This document shows positions 36,830 to 47,782 of a stretch of 64,000 bases of DNA, one piece after another. A program made the translations under genes and the position numbers. The stretch lies in assembly GCF_030028105.1 (NCBI RefSeq), contig NC_092373.1:93884062-93948061 (forward strand), written 5' to 3'. Every line of letters starts with the position of its first letter. The first letter of the stretch is position 1. The notes beneath the pieces were generated by a model. The model saw only the letters and a list, made by a program, of their open reading frames with translations. It did not search any database and was not told where the DNA came from. This DNA comes from Mobula birostris (taxonomy: Eukaryota).

Positions 36830-39615
36830 TTGCCAACACCTCCCTTAGGCATAATACACCTTCTGGTGCCTCCCTAGTGTAAAAACATGTCTTCCATACA
36901 CTAACATGGGAAAAATAATTCTGCTTTAAATTTTTATTTGTCTTTAAACCTAGTTTACACAGTACCTCTGCGCTGTACAGCAGCTCCGATATCAACGTGA
37001 TCCTTGAGCTTGATTGTTTTTAGCAAGAGTTGAAATATCTGCTTCAAGTTGTGACTGGAACAGCCTCAGGTCACCATGCCTAACGATGTCCAAGCAGTTT
37101 CTGTTTTTTGTGAGTATATCATTCACTGCACTGAACCCTCTTTCAACAAGGTAAGAGGATGTAAGTGCAATGAAGAGCAGTTTGGGTCTTCTCCAAAGAC
37201 CAGGAAACTTTGTACAACAATGTAGCCACACACCACAAAAGCCGACAATTTTGAAAAGCATTTTTGCTTCTTCATTCTGAATTTCAATAATTTCTTCTTA
37301 CAAGCTCTCTTCCTGTTCTTCCACCTTACATAGAAATGGGTTAATTACCCAGTCTGGAATTTCCAGATCATTCAAATTCTTGAGTCGATTCTGAAAATCC
37401 TTCTTCAGTGATTGCAGGTGTAAGCAGTACTCTTGCAAATCACCTTCTGTGGAAGAGTGCCATTCTTTCCATGCAGGGAAACTGAGAGAACATTCTTGTC
37501 CCAGTGTTTTGCTTATACGTTTCCAATAAAAGTGGACACTGAACTTTTTGTCTGGATTAAATTGAAATTCTCACCCTGCAGTTTCATATTTAGAATGTTC
37601 ATTTTGTCATACAGAGTGGCCCAGTATGCCACATCTCCACGTAGAAGTTCAATCTTATTTCCCAAGTTCTTGTTGACTTAGAGAAAAAATTCAACCAGTA
37701 TGTCAAAAGATCAAAGAAAAGTTTTAAGCAGCTGCCTTTTGACAGCCAATGCACTTCAATATGAAGCAGCAAGCGTTCAAACTTTTCATTGTTATCTTGG
37801 CATAACTGGTGACATATTCTGCTATTTAATGGATGAGATTTAATTTTGTTGATAGCAAAAATTACAAGAGTCATGCCTGAAAAAGTCACTGGCTGAGGTA
37901 TTTGGCTGCAAGATGTTGATGATGAGTTACCCAATGATTGCAAACAGACTTAAATTTTTTTTCATAAATGCAATGAAACCAGCAATGCGACCTGTCATAT
38001 ATGGTGCTCCATCTGTTGCACAAGAAAGTATGTTCCTACTTGGAATACTTTTATCCTCAATATACATTCTGAGCTCATCATAGAGTGATTTTCCATTGAT
38101 ACTTGTTTTTAAGCTTTTTACAATCTCTTCATAAACTTTTCCATTTTTGATAAACCATACATATGCTCTAAGCAATACCTCATGTCTTACACAATTCACT
38201 CATCCAGTTGTATCCCAAATTCTGTTTTTATAGCTCTGTGCATAGTTGATACTCAATGTCTTCACTCATGTTGTCAATACAATGAGCTACAGAGCTATTA
38301 CTCAGAGGAATTGATTTTAAAATACTGGTATCCATTTTGAGACAGTGGTCAGCACTTCTTATATAAGCAGGCATTATTAATCTTTCACCAATTGTATGAG
38401 ACTTTTCACACTTTGCTATCCTTTTGCAAATGTTATAAGAAGCAATGAGACAACTATCAAGGTTATTTTTAGCTTTCTTGGCAAATAACTTGAGTGTGCA
38501 ACATTTTTCAAATGCTTCTTTCTTCTTCTGGAACTGAGTAATAGCATAAGTAGCCTTATCAGGGTGTCTACTATGGAAGTGTTCCTGCAACCTTGATGGT
38601 TTCATGGCTTCATTAGCCAGTGCAGTTTTACAATTAAGACACATGGGGCGTCGCTGATCTGACAGGAACGGAATAAAACCATACTCCAGGTATGTAACAT
38701 TGTATTGATGGACTTTCTGTAGTTTCTGTTTCTTAGGATTACAATTCAAGGCTTCACTACCTTCAGACTCAGATCGCACCATATGTATTTATCCATTATT
38801 ATTGGAGCTGGATTAAAATAAAGTCAACACACACTGGGGATACTTACTGGATGTTGACGACAGCAGCCAGTTGACATGGATGGAACGATGGTAGCAGCAC
38901 GCGAAGGAATGAGGCGATGATGAAGACGATCACAACAGCAGAAATTACATTGACAAGGATTCCGATTGGAATCTGAATGTTAGTTGGGATAGAGCTAGTA
39001 TTTAGCAAGCTACCTTTATACTATTCCAGTTAGCACAATTGACCAATCACATAAGGTCTCATAATCCCCAAAGATGGTTCTTGACTGCAAATATGAAGCC
39101 AAGGTCGCTTTGAACACCTCAGCAGAAATCCTTGGGATTGGCAGATTCATTGATTGGCTCTATTTCACTGTTCAGTTCTGGCCAGTGCTGTATCATTAAG
39201 TAACCTGTTTTCTGTAGATCTGTAGAGAAAGTTGAGAGGGTGTACTTGACTTACCAACTATTAAATTGCATGAACTCGTTCCATGTCACAAGTCAAGGGG
39301 AACTGTTGGGCACCCTAATACTAATTTATGTATCCCCAGTAATGTCTGTTTGCTTGGTAAGGTCGGATGAGATTGTTGAATTTCAGACGTGTTGTGACGA
39401 CAAGTGCTCACCACTTGTTCTTCCTGTGTACCAGTGCCTCATCCCTTGTTTTTAAAAAAAAGTTCCTGCTCTACTAATGGTCAGTCAGGGCTCGTGCCTC
39501 AAGTTAGGGTTCTGCTTACTGCCTCCCTCCCCAAGAATTTTTAACGCCCCCCCATGACTTCCAATTTTCCTAACACCCCGTAGGACGCGTTAACCACCCC
39601 CATTAGGAATTACTG
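36830..39615 (-). mobile_element. hAT Buster/Charlie-type DNA transposon fossil (SCAND3/ZBED5/FAM200-like transposase, disrupted)
   Basis: BED finger YLEYGFI...RPMCLNCKTALANEAMKPSRLQEHFHSRHP, ATDGAPYMTG, LLLHIEVHWLSKG and dimerization motif SSYLVERGFS...GDLRL, in several frameshifted pieces. Terminus CAGTAATTCC at 39615 is flanked by ctgTAact (the NNNTANNN target typical of Buster elements). Confidence 0.9.
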
Positions 39616-39663
39616 CTGTAACTCTAAGTTAAAATAAAATCAACAGGGCAGATAAGGTGGTGG

Positions 39664-39933
39664 TAAACACAAAATAATCTGCAGATGCTGGGGTCAAAGC
39701 AACACTCACAACACGCCGGAGGAACTCAGCAGTTCGGGCAGCATCCGTGGAAATGATGAGTCGACGTTTCGGGCCAGAACCCTTTGTCAGGACTGTAGAG
39801 GGAAGGGGCAGAGGCCCTATAAAGAAGGTGGGAAGACCCTCTACAGTCCTGATGAAGGTTTCCGGCCCGAAACATCGACTCATCGTTTCCACGGATGCTG
39901 CCCGAACTGGCTGAGTTCCTCCAGCGTGTCGTG
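39664..39933. mobile_element. Inverted (head-to-head) PLE termini with two hammerhead cores
   Basis: About 98-bp inverted arms 39705-39802 / 39837-39935; 14-bp TSD agataaggtggtgg (39650-39663 / 39934-39947). Confidence 0.88.
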
Positions 39934-40389
39934 AGATAAGGTGGTGGGCTGAGGAGGCTGTGGATTATTTTTTTTTGTATCTTTAGAAGGCATTTGATAA
40001 TATGCCATGCAAAGGCATGTTGTTCTATGATTGTAGCTCATGCAACTGAACAAGAGCTTGAATTTTTTTCAGTTTTTATTTTCGGTTCTTTGTTAAATCA
40101 ATGGTGCAGCTAAGTTTAATTTGGTAGTAAGAAAATGTACATATTCAAAGTATTATTTATTAAAATCTACCAATGTCTACCAAGTCAACATGCTCACATC
40201 ACTGGCCAATGCAATCCATAAATAAAATCATGTTGTCTTTGTAAAACTGAGGAACTCAAAAAGCAACATAAATTAAAATGCAAATTTATACCCTACACAG
40301 TTTTATCAGTTTTAAAATCATTTTCCCAATATTTTGGACCCCGTATCCAAAGAAAGATGTGCTGGCACTAGACAGGTCTAGGGGAGGTT

Positions 40390-42765
40390 CGCCAGTCATC
40401 CTGGAGGTAGTGTACATTCCATTTCAAGCAGATGTCAAATGGCACTGGAGCACTGTGATCAGTAGTCATAAGACAGCACACCCAGATGCCTTCCTGATTG
40501 TTGTGGGGGTGGGGGGGCTTCAACCAGGCTAGCTTGAAGACCCCAACTACTCAACACCAACATGAGACCTGCAGAACCAGAGGAGCCAACACACTCGAGC
40601 ACTGTTACACCATCATCAAGAACACTTACCATCCCATTCCATTTCCATACTCTGGTATGTCCTATCAACAGGCTGTACTACTTGCAACATATAGGCAGAG
40701 ACCAAAAACCACAGTACCAGTGGTGAGGACAATGAAGGTATGGTCAAAAGAGATAGAGAAGTATATACAGGACTGATTTTGAATTGGTGGGCTGGACCAT
40801 ATTCAGAGATTGACATCAGAACATCCTTGTCAGGCATCAGGTCCCAATAATGTATCTGACAAGGTACTGTAAATTCATGCCAACCAACTGGCTGGAATGT
40901 TCAAAGCCATTTTCAATCTTGCACCCCAGCAAGCAGAGGTTCCCACCTGCTTCAAAATGTCATCAGTCATACCAATGCCCAAGAGCAGAAGGAGCTGCCT
41001 CAATGACTATTGCCCAATGGCACTCTTATCTACTATGATGAAGTGTTTTTGAGCATTTTGTCATGGTTAGAATCAATTAGATGCAACTCTCAGACTGAAG
41101 GAGCAATACCTGGGTAATCTGCAACCTGATGGCATGAACGTTGATTTTTTTTACTTCTGGTAATTTTCTCTCTTTCTCTATTCCCCATTCTGGCTCCCCT
41201 CCTACCCCTTTCTCTTCTCACCCATCACTTCCCTCTGGTGCCCCTCATTTTTCCCTTCTCCTATGGTTCACTATCAGGTTCTTTCTTCAGCCCTTTACCA
41301 CTTCCACCTATCATTTCCCACCTTCTTTCTTCATCCTCTTTCTCCCAACCACCCACCTTCCACCTCATCAAGTTTTCACCTATCACTTGCCAGCTTGTAC
41401 TTCTTCCCTTTCAGCCACTTTCTTATTCTTGCTTCTCCCACATTTATTTACAGTGCTGATGAAGGTTCTTGGCCCAAAATGTCAACTGTTTCTTGCTCTT
41501 CATAGATGCTGCCTGACCTGTTGAGTTTCTCCATCATTTTGTAAAGTGTGTGTTGTTCAAGATTATTAGCATCTCATGTTTAGCTCCCGCCTGGGTAAGG
41601 CGCTGGCCCCACATGCACTTGCCTGCTGCCACAAGTCCACAGCACACACACTCTCTCTTGGCTTTGGAGCACCGAGTCAACAGCAAAATGTCAGTCAAGC
41701 TGCTGTTTATCAATTACAGATCAGTGTTCAACACTACGATCTCCTCACCACTAATCAACAAGCTTGAAAACCTGGGCTTCTGTATGTCCATTTGCAGCTG
41801 GAACCTTGAATTCCTCATTGGGAGACCACAGTCCGTACAGGTGGGTTATAACATCTCTTCCTAGCTGACAATTAACATAAGCAACCTAAAAGATGTCTGC
41901 TTAGCCCGCTGTTCTACCATCTCGACACTCATGACTGTGTGCCTAGGCACAGGTCAAAGGCAATCCATAAATTTGCGACTGACACCACTGTTGTTGGCAG
42001 AATCCAGATGGTGATGAGGTGGTGTACAAGAGTGAGATAGATTAGCTGGGTGAATAGTGTTGCAATAACAACATCACTCTCAATGTCAGCAAGACCAAGG
42101 AACTATTTGTGGACTTCAGCAAAGGGAATTATGGAGTACACGCACCAGTCCTTATTGATAGGTCAGAAGTGGAAGGGTGAACAGCTTCAAGTTCCTGGGC
42201 ATCAACATCTCAGAGGATCTATCCTGGATCCAGCACACTGATGAAATCATGAAGGCGGCATGCCAGCTGTTATAGCTCATTAGGAATTCGAGGAGATTTA
42301 GAATGTCACCAAAGACTCTTGCAAATGTATACACATGTATAGTTGAGAGCATGCTGATTGGTTGCATCACAGGCTGGTACAGAACGCCAGTCCTCAGGAT
42401 GACAAGAGGCTGCAGAGAACTGTAGCTTCAGCCAATTCTGTTATGGCACAACTCACCTTGCCAAAGGCCAACTTCAAGTGGCACTGTTTCAAGGAGGCAG
42501 CATCCATCATTAAAGACCCTTCACTATCTGGGACATTCCCTCCTTGAGTAACTACCATCAGAGAGGTGGTAGAGGAGCCCGATGACCACACTTGGTATTT
42601 TAAGAACAGTTTCTCCACCACCACCATTTTTCTGAATGGTCTATGAATCCATGAATTTTTTGCACATTTTTGTACTTGTAATTTTTATGCCTTTGCACTG
42701 TACTGCTACAGCAAAACAACAAATTTCATGACGCATGTCACTGATAATAAATCTCATTCTGAACC
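40390..42765 (+). mobile_element. Degenerate Rex1-type LINE (endonuclease + RT), interrupted by a PLE
   Basis: HPDAFLIV..G.FNQASLK, PVVRTMKVWS, NKLENLG...LEFLIGRPQSVQVG, FKFLGINISEDLSW, LQRTVASAN. Confidence 0.85.
41080..41580 (+). mobile_element. PLE 3' part (C-terminal coding end, pyrimidine-rich UTR, terminus)
   Basis: ATLRLKEQ...LQPDGMNVDF end motif; decayed hammerhead ctgatgaaggttcttggcccaaaatgtc at about 41456-41483. Confidence 0.8.
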
Positions 42766-42779
42766 TGGAAATGAAAAAC

Positions 42780-43170
42780 TTAACAAAGAAGGAATGTTTG
42801 ATCACTCTGGGCCAGTACTCAGTGGAGTTCATAAATATGATCTCATTGAAACCTACTGGATACTAAAAGGCCTGGATCAATAGGACATGGGGAGAACGTT
42901 TCCATTAGTGGAAGAGTCTCAGATGTGACAGCACAAGCTCAGAATAAAGTGGTGTATCTTTAAAACTGAGGAGGAATTTCTTCATTTGGAGCGTGATGAT
43001 TCAGTCATTGCTATGGAGCACTGTGGAGGTCAAGTTATTGGTGTATTTTAAGGCAGAGATTGATTAGTACAGGGGTTAAGGGCTAAAAGGTGAAGGTGGG
43101 AGAATGGGACTGAGAGAAAGAAATATTAACCATGAATGAATAGTGGTGCAGAATGGCCCAATTCTACTCC
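42780..43170 (+). mobile_element. Old CR1 3' fragment
   Basis: DLIETY.ILKGLD motif and CR1 3' UTR (aatggcccaattctactcc). Confidence 0.7.
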
Positions 43171-43454
43171 TACATCTCAAATTAGTTAAAAACAAGAAAT
43201 TCAAATAGTAAATATATTTTGTCAAGGCACCACAAGTTAATAAAACAGCTGCAAAGAGTGGATTATTTTCACAGCTTGAGTGTTAAGTTTAGCCAACTGT
43301 GATCAATTCAAAATTCTCTGGAGAGTTGAAAACTAACAAGGTATGTGACATGTTCACCATTTTGTCACACTACCAGCTCTGGAAAATAGAACACACATAC
43401 GTAAGAAGGTGCAAATTATGTCAGAGCTTTTTGTTTCCAGTCAGGATTATGCAG

Positions 43455-44792
43455 TTGGTATAAAAGCTTGCACTGTTTATTAATGGATTTTCAAGTGATT
43501 ATGTACAAGAAACTGCATCACAAACTACAAACATCTCACACAAGATCACCACACACAAGAAAAGCAGCCCAGCTTAAATACCTTCTTGGTTACAGACACT
43601 GCTGGTCCAAACACCAAACACATAATGTGGAAAGAAGTGATGGAGGAGCAAAAAAAAAAGCCATGTTTTACAAAGACTCTGATCAAGAATCGTGCAACCT
43701 TCCTTTTAAATATAAAAAAAACTAGTAATTTCACTTTATTAATAATTTCTGATAGAAAGATGACATGGTTAGAATTTTAACCAATATATAGGAACCTGGA
43801 GTGGAACGATACTACAACTGCACAGTGCTCAGTCAATTCACCATGGCCAGGAGCAGCACAGAACAAAGCCACACTGCAACAAATTGACAATTCTTTTACA
43901 GTCCTTCTGGAAACTAAAGATACAACGAGGCTCACAAGTATGCAATTTTGATTAGCATACACCCCACTTATTCCCAAGATGAAAATATTAATATTTTTTA
44001 AGGGAACTTCTTTCTTTTTCTCATTGAGAAAATATTCAAACAGCTCTCGAATGGCTCCTGTCAGTCAATGCGGGGGCAAACACGAGTTAAGTTTTGCAAG
44101 TGCCAAGAATCACATTCTCAAAGATGCTTGCCTCATGTAATTGTAAAGGACAGCATATGCTTTAAGAGACCAGCAAAATCAGATTAGCTGTTTTCACAAA
44201 GGGGTTCCCTTCTTCTGTTGGTAAACTGACAACTCTGGCTGCTGGACTTGGATGATTCTTCCATTCTAAGCTACAGCCACCCTCAACAACTGCAGCTGAC
44301 TGGGGTTGCTAATCACGAACACCTAGATTTCTTCTAACTTCTCGCCACTGTAAACCAACATTGGTGACGAGGTGCTGCTAAATTGGAACTAATGAATCAC
44401 TACCCCAAACTCATTACCTCAAAGATTAAAAGAAAATTAACGGGAGAACTGCCTGCCAATCTGTTCTTTCTGAACAACGAGGAACATCAAAGGAAGGAGG
44501 AGGAGGAAGCCATGCTATTTAACTTGATGAGCAAGTTAGTCAACACTGCAGTGTGTAGTCAGGTTCAAGAAAAATCAAACTCACTTTTTGCAGGCTGTCA
44601 CAATTTTAGTGGGATTCAACTGATCAACAATGCTGAGACTGTGGGTATTTCCAATTACTGCCATCCACACCACAGCAATGTTCATGTTCTGTGGAAACTA
44701 TCCATTACCTGCAAACATTGGCTTTATTAAAATATCAAACTAAACATTTATACAGTGGCTTTAAAATACAGTTACTACCCAAATTTGAGACC
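43455..44792 (-). other. SAP130: SAP130 3' UTR (inferred extent)
   Basis: Repeat-free, U-rich sequence after the stop codon, with minus-strand AATAAA at 44723-44728, 43735-43740 and 43476-43481. Repeats resume at about 43170. Confidence 0.6.
43476..43481 (-). terminator. Distal polyadenylation signal AATAAA of SAP130
   Basis: tttatt on the + strand; a TGTACATA (UGUA/Pumilio-like) motif lies just upstream at 43500-43507. Confidence 0.55.
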
Positions 44793-44951
44793 TTAGGACT
44801 TCTCTTTTCTTTTCAATTTGGACACCTTTTTGACGGTTCCATTTTTGTTGAGGAGTTTTAGGACTCGATCCTTGTGATCCAGAACCTTCATCATGGTATC
44901 TTTGGCTTCAGTGATCTGGTCTATAACCAGTTTGCAACGCTGCATGTTCCC
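44793..44951 (-). CDS. SAP130: SAP130 terminal coding exon (CDS part including TAA)
   Basis: Acceptor ttgttctattcacag|. Translates GNMQRCKLVIDQITEAKDTMMKVLDHKDRVLKLLNKNGTVKKVSKLKRKEKS*, matching the SAP130 C-terminus; stop codon at 44793-44795. Confidence 0.95.
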   Translation of the reverse strand, partial: GNMQRCKLVIDQITEAKDTMMKVLDHKDRVLKLLNKNGTVKKVSKLKRKEKS

Positions 44952-45154
44952 CTGTGAATAGAACAATGCAGAATAATGTTACAGCAAATTAGATACTATT
45001 AGTTCCATTCTCACCAAAATGCTCCCAACTGACTTGAGGACAGATCAAACCACACTCCATGGGCAGGAGGTGTACGGCTTTGTGCACTTTGCTTTGCCAG
45101 GGTCCCAGTGCTAGTCAGGTGTATGTCTTCATGCTGACTGGTCAGGTAAAAGAA

Positions 45155-45295
45155 TAGACAAGAGATTCTGCAGATGCTGAAAATCCAGAGCAACGCACAA
45201 AATGCTGGAGGAACTCAGCTGGAGGGGAATGAACAGTCAACATTTCAGGCTAAGACCCTTCATTAGGACTGAGCTCTTCCAGCAACTGGTGTGTT
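45155..45295. mobile_element. Inverted PLE terminus in the SAP130 last intron
   Basis: Minus-oriented terminus with a decayed hammerhead (ctaatga...gaaatgtt) plus a short inverted arm; imperfect TSD tggtcagg.aaaa. Confidence 0.7.
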
Positions 45296-47139
45296 GGTCA
45301 GGAAAAATAGCTTTATTTGAATAATCCAATTGGGAAGAGGCTTTGGTACTGTGATAGTGTGATGCACAAGGTCTGCTCTGTGGGATGCACAAAGATCCAT
45401 TCTCTCAGCAATTTCACATCATTCACTTATTTATTTCTTTTGACTCAAGTGCTTCAGAACAAAAAAGAACCAGAGAGGGTGAGGCTATGAGGCTGGAAAT
45501 GGTCAGTGGAGGGGGCAGCTGGGAGGGAAACAGGTGGGATTCCATTGCATAATTAAACCAATTTCATTTGTGAAACTGTATATACATTTTAAAACAACTT
45601 TTTAAACTAATAATAATTAGCTTATGAATGGGCCTCAAAAATATTTCACATTGTCCTTCTGTCCCTCCCAACTAAAAGGTTGTGTACTACCAAGTATACA
45701 GGACTAAAACAAATAACGATAATAAGTATTACTGCCTCAACCTTCCTCCTTTCCAATAAAGTCAGTGCTGTTCTGATCTTTGACCTCATCCTCTTAGCCC
45801 TCAATTCTCATGTAGAATTTGTACTTCCATGTTAGTCATGAATTTCTTTTAAGGACTACACCCACAACACTGTCGACATAGTGAACTTTCAAAGATTTGC
45901 AACCGGAGGAAATTCCTCCTTACAATTTTTTTTAATCCTAAGACACTGCTCTTTAATTTTGTAACTTAACAACTTCTGTCTTGCACTGTACTGCCCCAAA
46001 ACAACAAATTTCATGGTGTGTCTGTAATAAGGAATACAATTCTGCTAACCAATTTTATATTCTCCTACTGTGAAATATCTTCACAACACCCCTCTGATGA
46101 CCCTTCTCAAAATTAAACATCTCAATGGGATTGCCTCCTACTCTTCTAGATTCTCGGTTTGCATTTCCTTTCTTCTAAAACAATTCTCAAGAATCAAGTC
46201 CCCTAGATGTGACATCACAAACCCTGCATGGCTGTTACAAAGTTAATGCACCAACACTTTGCATCAAGAGTCTACATTTTTCCTCCAGTATCTTTCTTTA
46301 GTTACTTACATCCTATCTTCGTGTGTTCCTTTGAGTTTCTAAACACTATGTAATTTTAATAAAACTGTTTTCTATTCTTCCCAAAGTAATACATTTCCCC
46401 ACTACCCATCTGCCACATGCTTGCCCACGTCTATATTCCACCTTACTGTCCTTGGTCATGTATAAACGTGGCTAAGCTATACTTGGTCCCCTAGTTCAAA
46501 TCATTAGTACATAAGTAGTGAGGCCACTAGTACAGCTGGTTAACCCCCTCTTCTTCAGTGTGCTGCCATCAAGATTATTTGACACTTTTTATGTGGCACC
46601 CCACCAAATGCCTTTTGATTTGATCCTCAAACATTAACATTTTCTCCCTCTACAGATGCTGTCTGACCTGCTGAGTGTCTCCAGCATTTATTTCAGATTT
46701 CGCAATGTTTGATTTTTTGTTTTAATTTTCAAAGGACAATTAATGTTGGTTTGTGGCTCCCAGCTTCCTCTGTAATCCAGTGAATTGTAAACAGGATTCA
46801 TACTATTAGTACACAGTTGATGCAAAAGGATTAATGAGCACTTTGAATTTGACTTTTCTCATAAAAAATGGTAAATCTGAAGCATCATGTGTTGTCAAAT
46901 TTGGGACCATCCAGTTCAAGGTGCAGGACTATCTTATTAAAGTTAAGAATTTTTACCCCAACAGAAATGACTGCATATATACCTATCCACCAACCACAAC
47001 ATTCCTGCTCCAGGACATATTTTATCTAACTACGTGATACAGCCTCCTCAATTTCTTTACATTCTGCGGACAGATTTAACTGGCCATTTTTAAGGTGGAG
47101 ATGGATCAACATTAGTGGTCTGATACAGAGCGCCATACT

Positions 47140-47690
47140 AGGCTTTCTCTGAGACGAGGTAATAAACACTGATGTGGACTGCAGTCTAATAAAGGCCAGA
47201 TGGGGTTAAGACAGCCACTTTCTTTACCTAAAAGATATTAAGTAATCAGTTCAGTTTTGACAACAAATCTGATAAATTAAAAGTTGTTTTTTTTTAAATC
47301 TAGTTTAAGCTATTTCTCTCTTATCCCCCTAAATAATCTTAATTCAGATCCATAGTTTGGCATTACGGCATTAAAACGAGTGCCAAACTCAGCCACTACA
47401 TTGTGGCATGTAAGCAACATCAGCAAGAATAGCAAATCATTGTGTTAGTTTGCCTGGTCCTTTTAGAGGGTGGTTAAGAATCACAGTGTTACAGACCAAG
47501 AACAAACTAGGCTGAGGACCTCAGGTTTCATTCCCGAAAGGATGTTAGTGAACAGCCAACCAACATCCTCTGTAAGGAAATTAATTACTGCATTTAATTT
47601 TTCCAGCTGTCATGACAGGACTTGAACTCTTGCCTGTGGACAATCAATCCACACCACCAGACTGAGAGTCAAGGTGACTCACCATTGTGT
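47140..47690 (-). mobile_element. Two degenerate tandem elasmobranch SINE-like copies
   Basis: 47190-47280 and 47460-47690 share the pattern ttcc.taaag.at.ttagt.aa.cag. Confidence 0.4.
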
Positions 47691-47782
47691 AAACGTAATC
47701 TGTTATCACACTGAGATGGAGCTAAGGGCAGCAGTCGTGTTATAGCTTGGACGGGAAGCAATTGTAGTGATACATAATTAGA

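Noticed and set aside
36992-38782. Domesticated transposase gene (ZBED5/SCAND3/FAM200)
   Set aside because: Multiple frameshifts and stops plus a retained transposon terminus indicate a fossil element.
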